Assembly (NCBI GenBank): GCA_965648905.1
Contig: CBFGIT010000008.1
Span: 59,225-123,224 of the forward strand
DNA length: 64,000 bases
DNA from: a candidate division WOR-3 bacterium
GTDB taxonomy: Bacteria; Hydrothermota; Tepidihabitantia; Tepidihabitantales; Tepidihabitantaceae
Direction of reading: 5' to 3'
Shown: positions 1 to 8,794 of the stretch, in pieces
How the letters are laid out: each line of letters starts with the position of its first letter
Position numbering within the stretch: the first letter of the stretch is position 1
Notes under the pieces: generated by a model
Database searches by the model: none
What the model was told of the DNA's origin: nothing
The model's input: only the letters and a program-made list of their open reading frames with translations
Translations under genes and position numbers: made by a program

Positions 1-2
1 CG

Positions 3-233
3 GTTGGCGCGCACTATCGCGAAGCCGTGCGCAGTCGGTCTGACGCAGAGTTTGTCAGCAAGCTCGAAGGCGCCCTGCAGGAAGCAGAGGAGACGCGCTA
101 CTGGCTTGAACTTCTGACAGCCGAGCGACTGGGTCCGCAGTCGGAACTTGCGGCCCTAGCGTCCGAGATTGATGAACTTGCCGCCATGCTCGTCGCCAGC
201 GTCAAAACCGTCAAGGCACGAACGAAGCGATAA
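3..233 (+). CDS. Four-helix-bundle protein (23S rRNA IVP family), 5'-truncated by window edge
   Basis: Frame is open from the window start: VGAHYREAVRSRSDAEFVSKLEGALQEAEETRYWLELL...EIDELAAMLVASVKT, the typical family signature. Confidence 0.85.
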   Translation, partial: VGAHYREAVRSRSDAEFVSKLEGALQEAEETRYWLELLTAERLGPQSELAALASEIDELAAMLVASVKTVKARTKR

Positions 234-397
234 ACTCGGAATGATAAGCGATGAATTCAGCCGACAGAGAACGCGGCGGCCTGTAGGTTCGCTTCTTGCT
301 CATCCTCAATCATTCCCTGCTCCTCGGATGACCCGCCGCAACCGATGAATACCCCGCGTTCGTCACAAGAAATTCATCGCCTGTCTTCTCGCATCGT

Positions 398-586
398 ATG
401 AGCACTCAGCACCCATCATTCATCACTCCGCGCTCTCCTTCAGCCTCCCCCACTCAGAACTCATCACTCATTACTCATCGTTCTCCTTCTTCCCCCACTC
501 ATAATTCATCATTCATAACTCATCACTCTCCTCTCCGCCCCTACCCTACCTACAAGCCCTCCGGCATGCCGTGGCTGGCTGGCTGA
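398..586 (+). pseudogene. hsdS: 5' remnant of type I restriction specificity subunit HsdS, with repeat-encoded N-terminal extension
   Basis: LRPYPTYKPSGMPWL resembles the common HsdS N-terminal motif (xxPYPxYKxSGxxWLG); the frame stops immediately after. Confidence 0.65.
401..536. repeat. Degenerate 7-bp-period pyrimidine-rich repeat (ACTCATC-like) in three larger blocks
   Basis: e.g. actcatc actcatt actcatc and actcata attcatc attcata actcatc, each block followed by a ctctcc/ttctcc tract. Confidence 0.75.
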
Positions 587-626
587 CACCGTGTTCGACC
601 TGACCTACAACAAAGAAGTCGCGTAG
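576..626 (+). pseudogene. hsdR: 3' remnant of a type I restriction endonuclease HsdR
   Basis: WLADTVFDLTYNKEVA* resembles a recalled HsdR C-terminal motif (RWLxDTVFxLTY); not searched. Confidence 0.5.
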
Positions 627-1077
627 CGACGCCCGGTCTCAGTTCGACTCGGTCAGCCTCTCGCTAACAGCAACTGAGAGCTCCTTTGCCCCTGAACAGG
701 ACCGTAGGCCGTGCTATGAGCAATGCCTGCAGTCGTGCTTCTCGAAGTACCGGCTTGAGTGCTTGGCAGCGTGACACCAGAAGTCACTTATGCTGCACTG
801 GCTGGTGTCACATTGCCTGTACTCGGAGCAGTTCAGGACCAGATGACGACTGCTTGGACGGTGGCGATCACGCTGGACGTGCCATTAGGATTGCCGAGAC
901 GATGGAATCGAAAGATGACACCGGCCGTTCCGAATGGAATGACATTGGGAATGCTCTAGGGAACCGCCTGCCGGACGTCCCCAATCCTCCAGTTCAGCAG
1001 TCACTTCTTTCGCATAACCGATTGACCGCTAAACCGTTAGCCGCAATCAGCCGTATGTCGCCCAGTTAGACGACTTG

Positions 1078-1383
1078 TCAGCTTGAGCTGCCGGTGCCGG
1101 TTGCGGCCTCGACTTTGTGCTTCATCGACGAAGGCTTGTCGCGCCGGTCGTCGACCTTCATCACCGTATAGATGCGCTTGCAGCCGAGACGCTCGTATTC
1201 GTCGTGAATTGAGCGGATTGCCTGAAGTACCGGTTCCCAGTCGCCCTGGATGCAGGTTCCCATCGAATTGACCTGGTACTCAAGGCCCGAGGCCCTGACT
1301 ATCTCGACTGCCCGGCGCACAAACCGGCTGACTGATGTCTCGCCGGTGCCGGTGGGGACAACGCTGATTTCAAAGATGGGCAT
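1078..1383 (-). CDS. MTH1187/YkoF-family thiamine-binding protein (DUF77)
   Basis: EISVVPTGT...SVSRFV...SGLEYQVNSMGTCIQG...KVDDRRDK signature. Confidence 0.9.
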   Translation of the reverse strand: MPIFEISVVPTGTGETSVSRFVRRAVEIVRASGLEYQVNSMGTCIQGDWEPVLQAIRSIHDEYERLGCKRIYTVMKVDDRRDKPSSMKHKVEAATGTGSSS

Positions 1384-1392
1384 CGGTCTTCC

Positions 1393-1911
1393 TCACATGA
1401 ATCGCTCGAACCGGTCTTTCGAGACTTTGCAAATTGGGCATTTGTCCGGCGGCGCGTCTCGGGCACAGAGATAGCCGCAGACCTTACACCGCCAGACCGG
1501 CAAAGGCAGAGTGCGGGGAGCCTGAGTCTGTGCCGTTCCTTCCAGCCGTGAGAACCCTTCACGCATGTACTTCTCCGGCCGGCGTTCCGGGATTGACTTG
1601 TGCGGCTTGCGGCCGGCAATCCAGTCTTCGCTGACGTAGAGTGCGCAGTAGCACGCGCCAAACTCGGCCAAATCCGCATCCCGGTAGTCGCACGGACAGA
1701 TGATATCCAGGTCTTTTTCCCGCGCGCCGAACGGCAGCCGGCACGGACATGCCCAGTAGCCGTGGCGCTGCTGGTTTTCAAGCAGACCCTGAATCAGACG
1801 CAGGGTGAACTCTTTGTCCGGGTTGAGCCGGTAACCGCCTGCCTCTGCCTCGCGCTTCAGCCGCTCGTAGACCTGAACAACCTCAGCCGAAAACTGCTCA
1901 GACGCACTCAT
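1393..1911 (-). CDS. Ferredoxin:thioredoxin/disulfide reductase catalytic domain fused to C-terminal rubredoxin-like domain
   Basis: CPC...CPC...CYC FTR motifs; C-terminal WRCKVCGY...PPDKCPIC. Confidence 0.9.
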   Translation of the reverse strand: MSASEQFSAEVVQVYERLKREAEAGGYRLNPDKEFTLRLIQGLLENQQRHGYWACPCRLPFGAREKDLDIICPCDYRDADLAEFGACYCALYVSEDWIAGRKPHKSIPERRPEKYMREGFSRLEGTAQTQAPRTLPLPVWRCKVCGYLCARDAPPDKCPICKVSKDRFERFM

Positions 1912-2189
1912 AGCTCAAGCAGTTCGCGGATCCGTTCCTCGTCAAACCCGGCCACAACCTGGTCGTCAATCTTGATTGTTGGATACGAGCCGCGCGGGTT
2001 CAGCTCACGCACCCGACCGGCCATCTGCTGGCGCTCGTCCCCGGTGCACTGGTCAACGTAGATGTAGTCGTAGGCGACGCTGTTCGAATCGAGCAGTTCT
2101 TTGGTCCGGCGGCACCAGCCGCAGGTTGACAGGGCATAGAGCATCACGCGGTGTTTGTTGTTTGTCCCGGACTGATGAACTATCGGCAC
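1908..2189 (-). CDS. Glutaredoxin/NrdH-like redoxin
   Basis: [10 protein letters not shown] active site, cis-Pro motif SYPTI, VVAGFD; likely GTG start at 2189 after AAGGAG. Confidence 0.88.
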   Translation of the reverse strand: MPIVHQSGTNNKHRVMLYALSTCGWCRRTKELLDSNSVAYDYIYVDQCTGDERQQMAGRVRELNPRGSYPTIKIDDQVVAGFDEERIRELLEL

Positions 2190-2377
2190 AATTCTTCTCC
2201 TTCTGATTGGGGCTGGCTTTGACCGAAACACTCAGGGCAGTCTGTCTCGCCCTTGGGCAATGGCTTGCCGCAGATTGCGCAGGTGATGACTGCAACCTGG
2301 CAGGGGGTGCAGACTGAATCGTCCTCGCCCGGCAGTCCGTCGCAGTAGGGACAGCGGCATTCAGCGTTGGACTTCAC
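2180..2377 (-). CDS. Small double zinc-ribbon protein
   Basis: Four CxxC pairs (CPYC, CTPC, CAIC, CPEC); overlaps the iscU stop. Confidence 0.75.
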   Translation of the reverse strand: MKSNAECRCPYCDGLPGEDDSVCTPCQVAVITCAICGKPLPKGETDCPECFGQSQPQSEGEELCR

Positions 2378-2751
2378 TTCGCCTCCTTGGCTTTGGCCCG
2401 GTAGTTTTCGATTGCCCGGTGCAGGGCATCTGCTCCAAGATTAGAGCAGTGGAGCTTATTGGGTGGCAGGCCGCCGAGCTCCTGGGCAACGTCGGCATTG
2501 GTTATCTTCATCGCCTCATCCAGGGTCTTGCCGATCGCCATCTCGCTAACCATCGAGGAGACCGCAATCGCCGCTCCGCACCCGAACGTCTTGAACTTCA
2601 CGTCGGTGAGCACATTGTCTTTGACCGTGATGTAGAAGGTCATCATGTCACCGCAGACCGGGTTGCCGATTTCCCCGACTCCGTCTGCGTGCTCGATTTC
2701 GCCGACATTGCGCGGGTTGCGGAAATGCTCCATCACTTTCTCAGAATACAC
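2374..2751 (-). CDS. iscU: Fe-S cluster scaffold IscU/NifU
   Basis: YSEKVMEHFRNPRNVG, PVCGD, FGCGAAIA, LPPNKLHCS. Confidence 0.95.
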   Translation of the reverse strand: MYSEKVMEHFRNPRNVGEIEHADGVGEIGNPVCGDMMTFYITVKDNVLTDVKFKTFGCGAAIAVSSMVSEMAIGKTLDEAMKITNADVAQELGGLPPNKLHCSNLGADALHRAIENYRAKAKEAK

Positions 2752-3995
2752 TAGCTCTCCTCGCTTGTGTGCTCGTCTTCTTCACAGACCTCACCCGGCC
2801 TGGTCCGGTAAGGGTCTTCGCCCCGCTCGAACCGGGCATAGAGCGGCGACATCCGACGCAGCCGTTCAACAATCGGCGGCAGCTTTTCCAGGAAGTAGTC
2901 AACGTCGCTGTCGGTCGAATCCTTGCCCAAGGTCAGGACCAGCGAAGACTGGGCCAGAGCATGGGGCAGTCCCATTGCCAGGAGCACATGTGAAGCCTTC
3001 AGATTGCGGGCTGTGCAGGATGAACCCGAGGCGGCCCTAATGCCCTCGTCGTCGAGGAACAGAAGCATCGCCTCGCCCTCAACGAACTCAACGCACATGC
3101 TGACATGGCCGGGCAGGCGATGGTCAGGACAACCGGTCATGACTACGTGTTTCAGCCGCTCAGGCAGCTCGGTCCGGATGCGACGACTCAACCGGGCGAG
3201 AAGTCTTGACCATTCATCAACATGGTTGCGGCAGAACTCGGCCGCGACCCCGAACCCGGCAATCGCGGCCACATTCTCGGTCCCGGCCCGCCGGTTCCGC
3301 TCCTGGAACCCACCGTCAATGAGCGGCCGAATCGTCACCCCTTTGCGCAGATACAGGGCCGCCGCGCCGCGCGGCCCGTAGACCGACTGCGCGGCAAATG
3401 AGTAGGCATCAATCCCGAGCTCAGCAACGTCAACCGGAATCCGGCCGACCGCAGCACAGCCATCAGAGTGAAACAATACCTTGTGCGCACAGCAGGTTCG
3501 GGTCAGCTCCATCAGATTCTGAATCGTGCCGACCTCGTTGTTGGCGTGCATGACCGAAATCAGCACTGTGTCGGGTCGAACCGCGGCCTTAAGCTGGTCA
3601 GGTTGCACCGAACCGTTCCGGTCTACCGGCACTTCGGTTACCTCAAATCCCAGTCGTCTGAGCGCGCGCGCCGGCTCCATGACAGACGCGTGTTCGATGG
3701 CCGAAACGACGATGTGCTTTCCCTTATCCATCCGGGCCAGGGCAAGGCCTTTGACCGCAAGGTTGTTGCTTTCGGAGCCGGACGCAGTGAAGACGATTTC
3801 CTCGGGCCGGGCATTGACAAGGGCCGCAACCTGGGCTCGTGCGGTCTCAAGAGCCTGCCTCGGCCGCTCGCCGCCCCGGTGCAGACTTGAAGGGTTGCCG
3901 TACTCTTCGGTGAGAAACTCCTGCATTGCCTCCCTTGCCTGCTCAAGTACCGGTGCTGCTGCCGCGTGGTCAAAGTTGATGTCGGGCATACTCAT
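2751..3995 (-). CDS. iscS: Group I cysteine desulfurase-like protein (IscS/NifS) with degenerate PLP site
   Basis: GNPSSLH, EHASV, NNEVGTIQ, RAGTEN and SGSSCT are present, but the usual SxHK motif reads AAQS. Confidence 0.9.
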   Translation of the reverse strand: MSMPDINFDHAAAAPVLEQAREAMQEFLTEEYGNPSSLHRGGERPRQALETARAQVAALVNARPEEIVFTASGSESNNLAVKGLALARMDKGKHIVVSAIEHASVMEPARALRRLGFEVTEVPVDRNGSVQPDQLKAAVRPDTVLISVMHANNEVGTIQNLMELTRTCCAHKVLFHSDGCAAVGRIPVDVAELGIDAYSFAAQSVYGPRGAAALYLRKGVTIRPLIDGGFQERNRRAGTENVAAIAGFGVAAEFCRNHVDEWSRLLARLSRRIRTELPERLKHVVMTGCPDHRLPGHVSMCVEFVEGEAMLLFLDDEGIRAASGSSCTARNLKASHVLLAMGLPHALAQSSLVLTLGKDSTDSDVDYFLEKLPPIVERLRRMSPLYARFERGEDPYRTRPGEVCEEDEHTSEES

Positions 3996-4035
3996 ATAGA
4001 CGAACTGCGGGTCGGTTTCGGTTCGAAGCGCCTAG

Positions 4036-4063
4036 AGTCTAGTATGCCGCAAGCAGTTGTCAA
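4036..4063 (-). promoter_or_regulatory. sigma70-like promoter of iscS operon
   Basis: Minus strand TTGACA-16bp-TAGACT. Confidence 0.6.
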
Positions 4064-4100
4064 ACGAACATCACGCCCGAAACAGGGACGACAACACCGG

Positions 4101-4128
4101 TTGACAGCACTGACTTGCCCGGTATGAT
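4101..4128 (+). promoter_or_regulatory. sigma70-like promoter abutting thrS start (leaderless type)
   Basis: TTGACA-16bp-TATGAT, 6 nt before the GTG at 4135, no SD. Confidence 0.7.
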
Positions 4129-4134
4129 TGCACC

Positions 4135-6039
4135 GTGATTCGCGTTACCGTCAACGGTGCGACCCGAGAAGTCGAACCGGGCACAACTGTTGCTGAAGTG
4201 CTTGCCGACCCAACTGCCCTGGCGGCTCGAGTCGACGGCCGGCTTATCGACCTGTCGTCGCCGCTTGAAGCCGACGCCGTGGTCGAGCCGGTCAGGTTCG
4301 ACTCTGAGCCAGGCCGGGACGTATTCTGGCATTCAGCCTCGCACCTGTTGGCCCAGGCGGTCAAGCAGCTCTATCCCCAGGCCAAAGTAACCATCGGGCC
4401 GGCTGTGCCTGAGGGTTTCTACTACGACTTTGACGTGGACCCGCCGTTCACCGAGGCGGACCTGGAGAAGATTGAAACCCGGATGCGGGAGCTGGCTGCG
4501 CAGAAGATACCGGTGGTGCACAAGTGGCTTGCGCGCGACCAGGCCCTGAAGCTCTTTGCCGAGCGGGGCGAAACCTACAAGAACGAAATCATCAGCGAGC
4601 TGCCCGACGAGCAGATTTCGGTCTACGAGCAGGGCGACTTCGTCGACCTGTGCCGCGGGCCGCACGTGCCCAGCACCGGATACCTGAAGGCGGTCAAGCT
4701 GCTGAGCGTGGCCGGTGCCTACTGGCGCGCCGACGAGAAGAACCGGATGCTGTCGCGGGTCTACGGCGTGGCCTTCCCGACGCGCGAGCAGCTCAAAGAA
4801 CATTTGGCCATGCTTGAGGAGGCCAAACGACGCGACCACCGCAAGCTCGGTCCGGCCCTGGACCTCTACAGCTTCCATGAAGAAGCCGGCGCCGGCCTTG
4901 TTTTCTGGCATCCCAAGGGCGCGACGGTTCGGCGGATGATTCAGCAGTACTGGGAGCAGGAGCATCTCGCTGCCGGTTACCAGCTCGTGCTGACGCCGCA
5001 CATCGCGCGCGCCGGATTGTGGCAGACCTCTGGCCACCTCGACTACTACAGCGAGAACATGTACCTGATGGACGTGGAACAGGAGCAGTACGTCCTGAAG
5101 CCGATGAACTGCCCGGGCCACATGCTTATCTACCGGACCAGAGTGCATTCGTATCGCGACCTGCCTCTGCGGATGGGCGAATGGGGCACGGTCTACCGCC
5201 GGGAACGGTCCGGCGTGCTGCACGGCATGATGCGGGTACGCGGTTTTACCCAGGACGACGCCCATATCTTCTGCACGCCCGAACAGGTCGAGGACGAGGC
5301 GTTCGGCGTGGTCAGCCTCTCGGTGAAGATGCTGCGGGCATTCGGGTTCGAGAAGTTCAAGGTTGACCTGTCGGTGCGCGACCCCCGACACCGGGAAAAG
5401 TACCTGGGCACGGACGAGCAATGGCAACTGGCCGAGCAGGCCCTGGTACGTGCGCTCGAACGCACCGGTCTCCCCTATCGGCGGGCTGAAGGTGAGGCGG
5501 TCTTCTACGGGCCGAAGATTGACATCAAGCTGCTCGACTCGCTCGGCCGGGAATGGCAGTGTCCGACCTGCCAGTTCGACTTCAACGAAGGGGTACGGTT
5601 CGACCTGTACTATATGGGCCAGGACGGCCAGCACCATCCGGTCTATCTTGTCCACCGTACCGTGCTCGGCGGCATCGAGCGGTTCATGGGCATTCTCGTC
5701 GAGCACTACGCCGGCGCGTTCCCGGCCTGGCTGGCGCCGGTCCAGGTGCGGGTAATGTCGGTGACCGACGCTGAGGCGGCCTATGCCGCAGCCACTGCCG
5801 ACCGGCTTCAGGCTGAGGGCGTCAGGGTTGAAACCGACTTAAGAAGTGATAAAATTAGCCACAAAATCAGTGAAGCCGAACGTCAGAAAATCCCGTTCAT
5901 GTTCGTGGTAGGCGGACGCGAAGCACAGTCCGGTGCGGTCGCGCTCCGGCGCCACGGCCGGGGTAATCTCGGCGCACTGCCTTTTGCCGCCGCTTTAGCC
6001 CAAGTCAAGGAGGAGATCAACGCACCCGGGTCAGAGTAG
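4135..6039 (+). CDS. thrS: Threonine--tRNA ligase
   Basis: TGS domain, HSASHLLAQA, DLCRGPH, RDHRKLG, KPMNCPGH, AVFYGPKID. Confidence 0.97.
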   Translation: MIRVTVNGATREVEPGTTVAEVLADPTALAARVDGRLIDLSSPLEADAVVEPVRFDSEPGRDVFWHSASHLLAQAVKQLYPQAKVTIGPAVPEGFYYDFDVDPPFTEADLEKIETRMRELAAQKIPVVHKWLARDQALKLFAERGETYKNEIISELPDEQISVYEQGDFVDLCRGPHVPSTGYLKAVKLLSVAGAYWRADEKNRMLSRVYGVAFPTREQLKEHLAMLEEAKRRDHRKLGPALDLYSFHEEAGAGLVFWHPKGATVRRMIQQYWEQEHLAAGYQLVLTPHIARAGLWQTSGHLDYYSENMYLMDVEQEQYVLKPMNCPGHMLIYRTRVHSYRDLPLRMGEWGTVYRRERSGVLHGMMRVRGFTQDDAHIFCTPEQVEDEAFGVVSLSVKMLRAFGFEKFKVDLSVRDPRHREKYLGTDEQWQLAEQALVRALERTGLPYRRAEGEAVFYGPKIDIKLLDSLGREWQCPTCQFDFNEGVRFDLYYMGQDGQHHPVYLVHRTVLGGIERFMGILVEHYAGAFPAWLAPVQVRVMSVTDAEAAYAAATADRLQAEGVRVETDLRSDKISHKISEAERQKIPFMFVVGGREAQSGAVALRRHGRGNLGALPFAAALAQVKEEINAPGSE

Positions 6040-6574
6040 TCGAGTACCAAGAGAAGGTTTCAAGGACCGCCCCAAAGTCAATGACCAGATACGAGTACCC
6101 TATGTCCGCGTCATCGGCACCGACAAGAAGCCGATCGGCATTCTGCCGACCCGCGACGCCCTGGGTCTGGCCCGACGCCAGGACCTCGACCTGGTCATGC
6201 TTGCGCCGAACGAAGACCCGCCGGTGTGCGGCATCATGGACTTCGGCAAGTACCTCTACGAACAGAAGACCAGGCAGCGCGAGTCGAAGAAGAAGCAGCA
6301 CCAGACCGAGGTCCGGGAAATGCGGATGAAGATGAAAATCGGACCGGGCGACTACGAGGTCAAGCTGCGCAAGATGCGCGAGTTCCTGGCCGAAAAGGAT
6401 CGGATTCGCGTCACCCTCTGGCTGCGCGGCCGCGAAGTCGTCCACGCCGATCTGGGCATGAAGCTGATGGAGAAGATTGCCGCTGACCTCTCTGACATCG
6501 CCCGGCTGGAGGGGCAGGCCCGACAGACAACCGAAGGCAGGAAATCAATCCAGATGATGTTGGTACCAAGATGA
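6020..6574 (+). CDS. infC: Translation initiation factor IF-3; start codon uncertain and non-canonical
   Basis: Frame is open from 5999 and encodes KVNDQIRVPYVRVIG...DLV...PPVCGIMDFGKYLYE upstream of the first ATG (6197); thrS-infC-rpmI-rplT synteny. Confidence 0.92.
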   Translation, partial: THPGQSSRVPREGFKDRPKVNDQIRVPYVRVIGTDKKPIGILPTRDALGLARRQDLDLVMLAPNEDPPVCGIMDFGKYLYEQKTRQRESKKKQHQTEVREMRMKMKIGPGDYEVKLRKMREFLAEKDRIRVTLWLRGREVVHADLGMKLMEKIAADLSDIARLEGQARQTTEGRKSIQMMLVPR

Positions 6575-6765
6575 AACAACGTTCACTCAGTTCTCTGAAG
6601 AAGCGCATCAAGCGTTCTGCCCGCGGCAAGTTCGTTCACCGCCGCAGCGGCACGAGCCACAATAACGCCAGCAAGTCGAAACGCCGCAAGCGGGTCCTGC
6701 ACTCGCCGACCGTGCTTGAGGGAACCCTGGCGAAACGGGTAGCGACGCTCGTGCCCTACAAGTAG
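6571..6765 (+). CDS. rpmI: 50S ribosomal protein L35
   Basis: Basic 64 aa protein, KKRIKRSARGK...SH...KSKRRKR; synteny. Confidence 0.9.
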   Translation: MKQRSLSSLKKRIKRSARGKFVHRRSGTSHNNASKSKRRKRVLHSPTVLEGTLAKRVATLVPYK

Positions 6766-6778
6766 TCACGGAGGAACC

Positions 6779-7150
6779 ATGCCCAGAGTAACAACCGGTC
6801 CCTATACCAGACAACGTCGCAAGAAGTGGCTCCGTCAGGCCAAAGGCTACTGGGGCGGGAAGTCGCGGCTCTACAAGACCGCCCGACAGCAGGTGATGCA
6901 CGGCCTCATCTCCTCTTACAAGGAGCGCCGCCGCAAGAAGCGCGTCTTCCGCGGCCTGATGATTACCCGGATAAATGCCGCGCTCCGGCTGCACGACTTG
7001 AGCTACAGCCGGTTCATCTGGGGACTGAAGCAGGCGGGCATTGAACTCGACCGGAGCGTTCTTTCGGAGCTCGCGATCCGCTCGCCCGACGACTTCGCCC
7101 GACTGGTCGAACAGGTTCGCTCCTTTCTGAACACGGCCCAGTCGGCCTAG
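6779..7150 (+). CDS. rplT: 50S ribosomal protein L20
   Basis: MPRV...AKGYWG...RRRKKRVFR..ITRINAA...SYSRFI. Confidence 0.96.
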   Translation: MPRVTTGPYTRQRRKKWLRQAKGYWGGKSRLYKTARQQVMHGLISSYKERRRKKRVFRGLMITRINAALRLHDLSYSRFIWGLKQAGIELDRSVLSELAIRSPDDFARLVEQVRSFLNTAQSA

Positions 7151-7196
7151 CCGACTTCGATTTCGCCGGGGCGCCTCCGCCCTCGCTCGCCCGCTC

Positions 7197-7224
7197 TTTA
7201 CACGTCAGGCTCTTGGAGTAGAAT
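7197..7224 (+). promoter_or_regulatory. sigma70-like promoter upstream of guaB
   Basis: TTTACA-16bp-TAGAAT. Confidence 0.55.
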
Positions 7225-7303
7225 CTGCCATGGTAGCAGTCTCAGCTCTACGCGGCACGGTTGCCGGTCAATGCCGGAACCAGTGCCGCGTCGGCGTCAG
7301 TAA

Positions 7304-8776
<1,473 letters not shown>

Positions 8777-8794
8777 AACTGCTGCCGAACTCCC

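Noticed and set aside
401..536. CRISPR array
   Set aside because: Short degenerate tandem heptamers with no constant repeat-spacer structure; no cas genes
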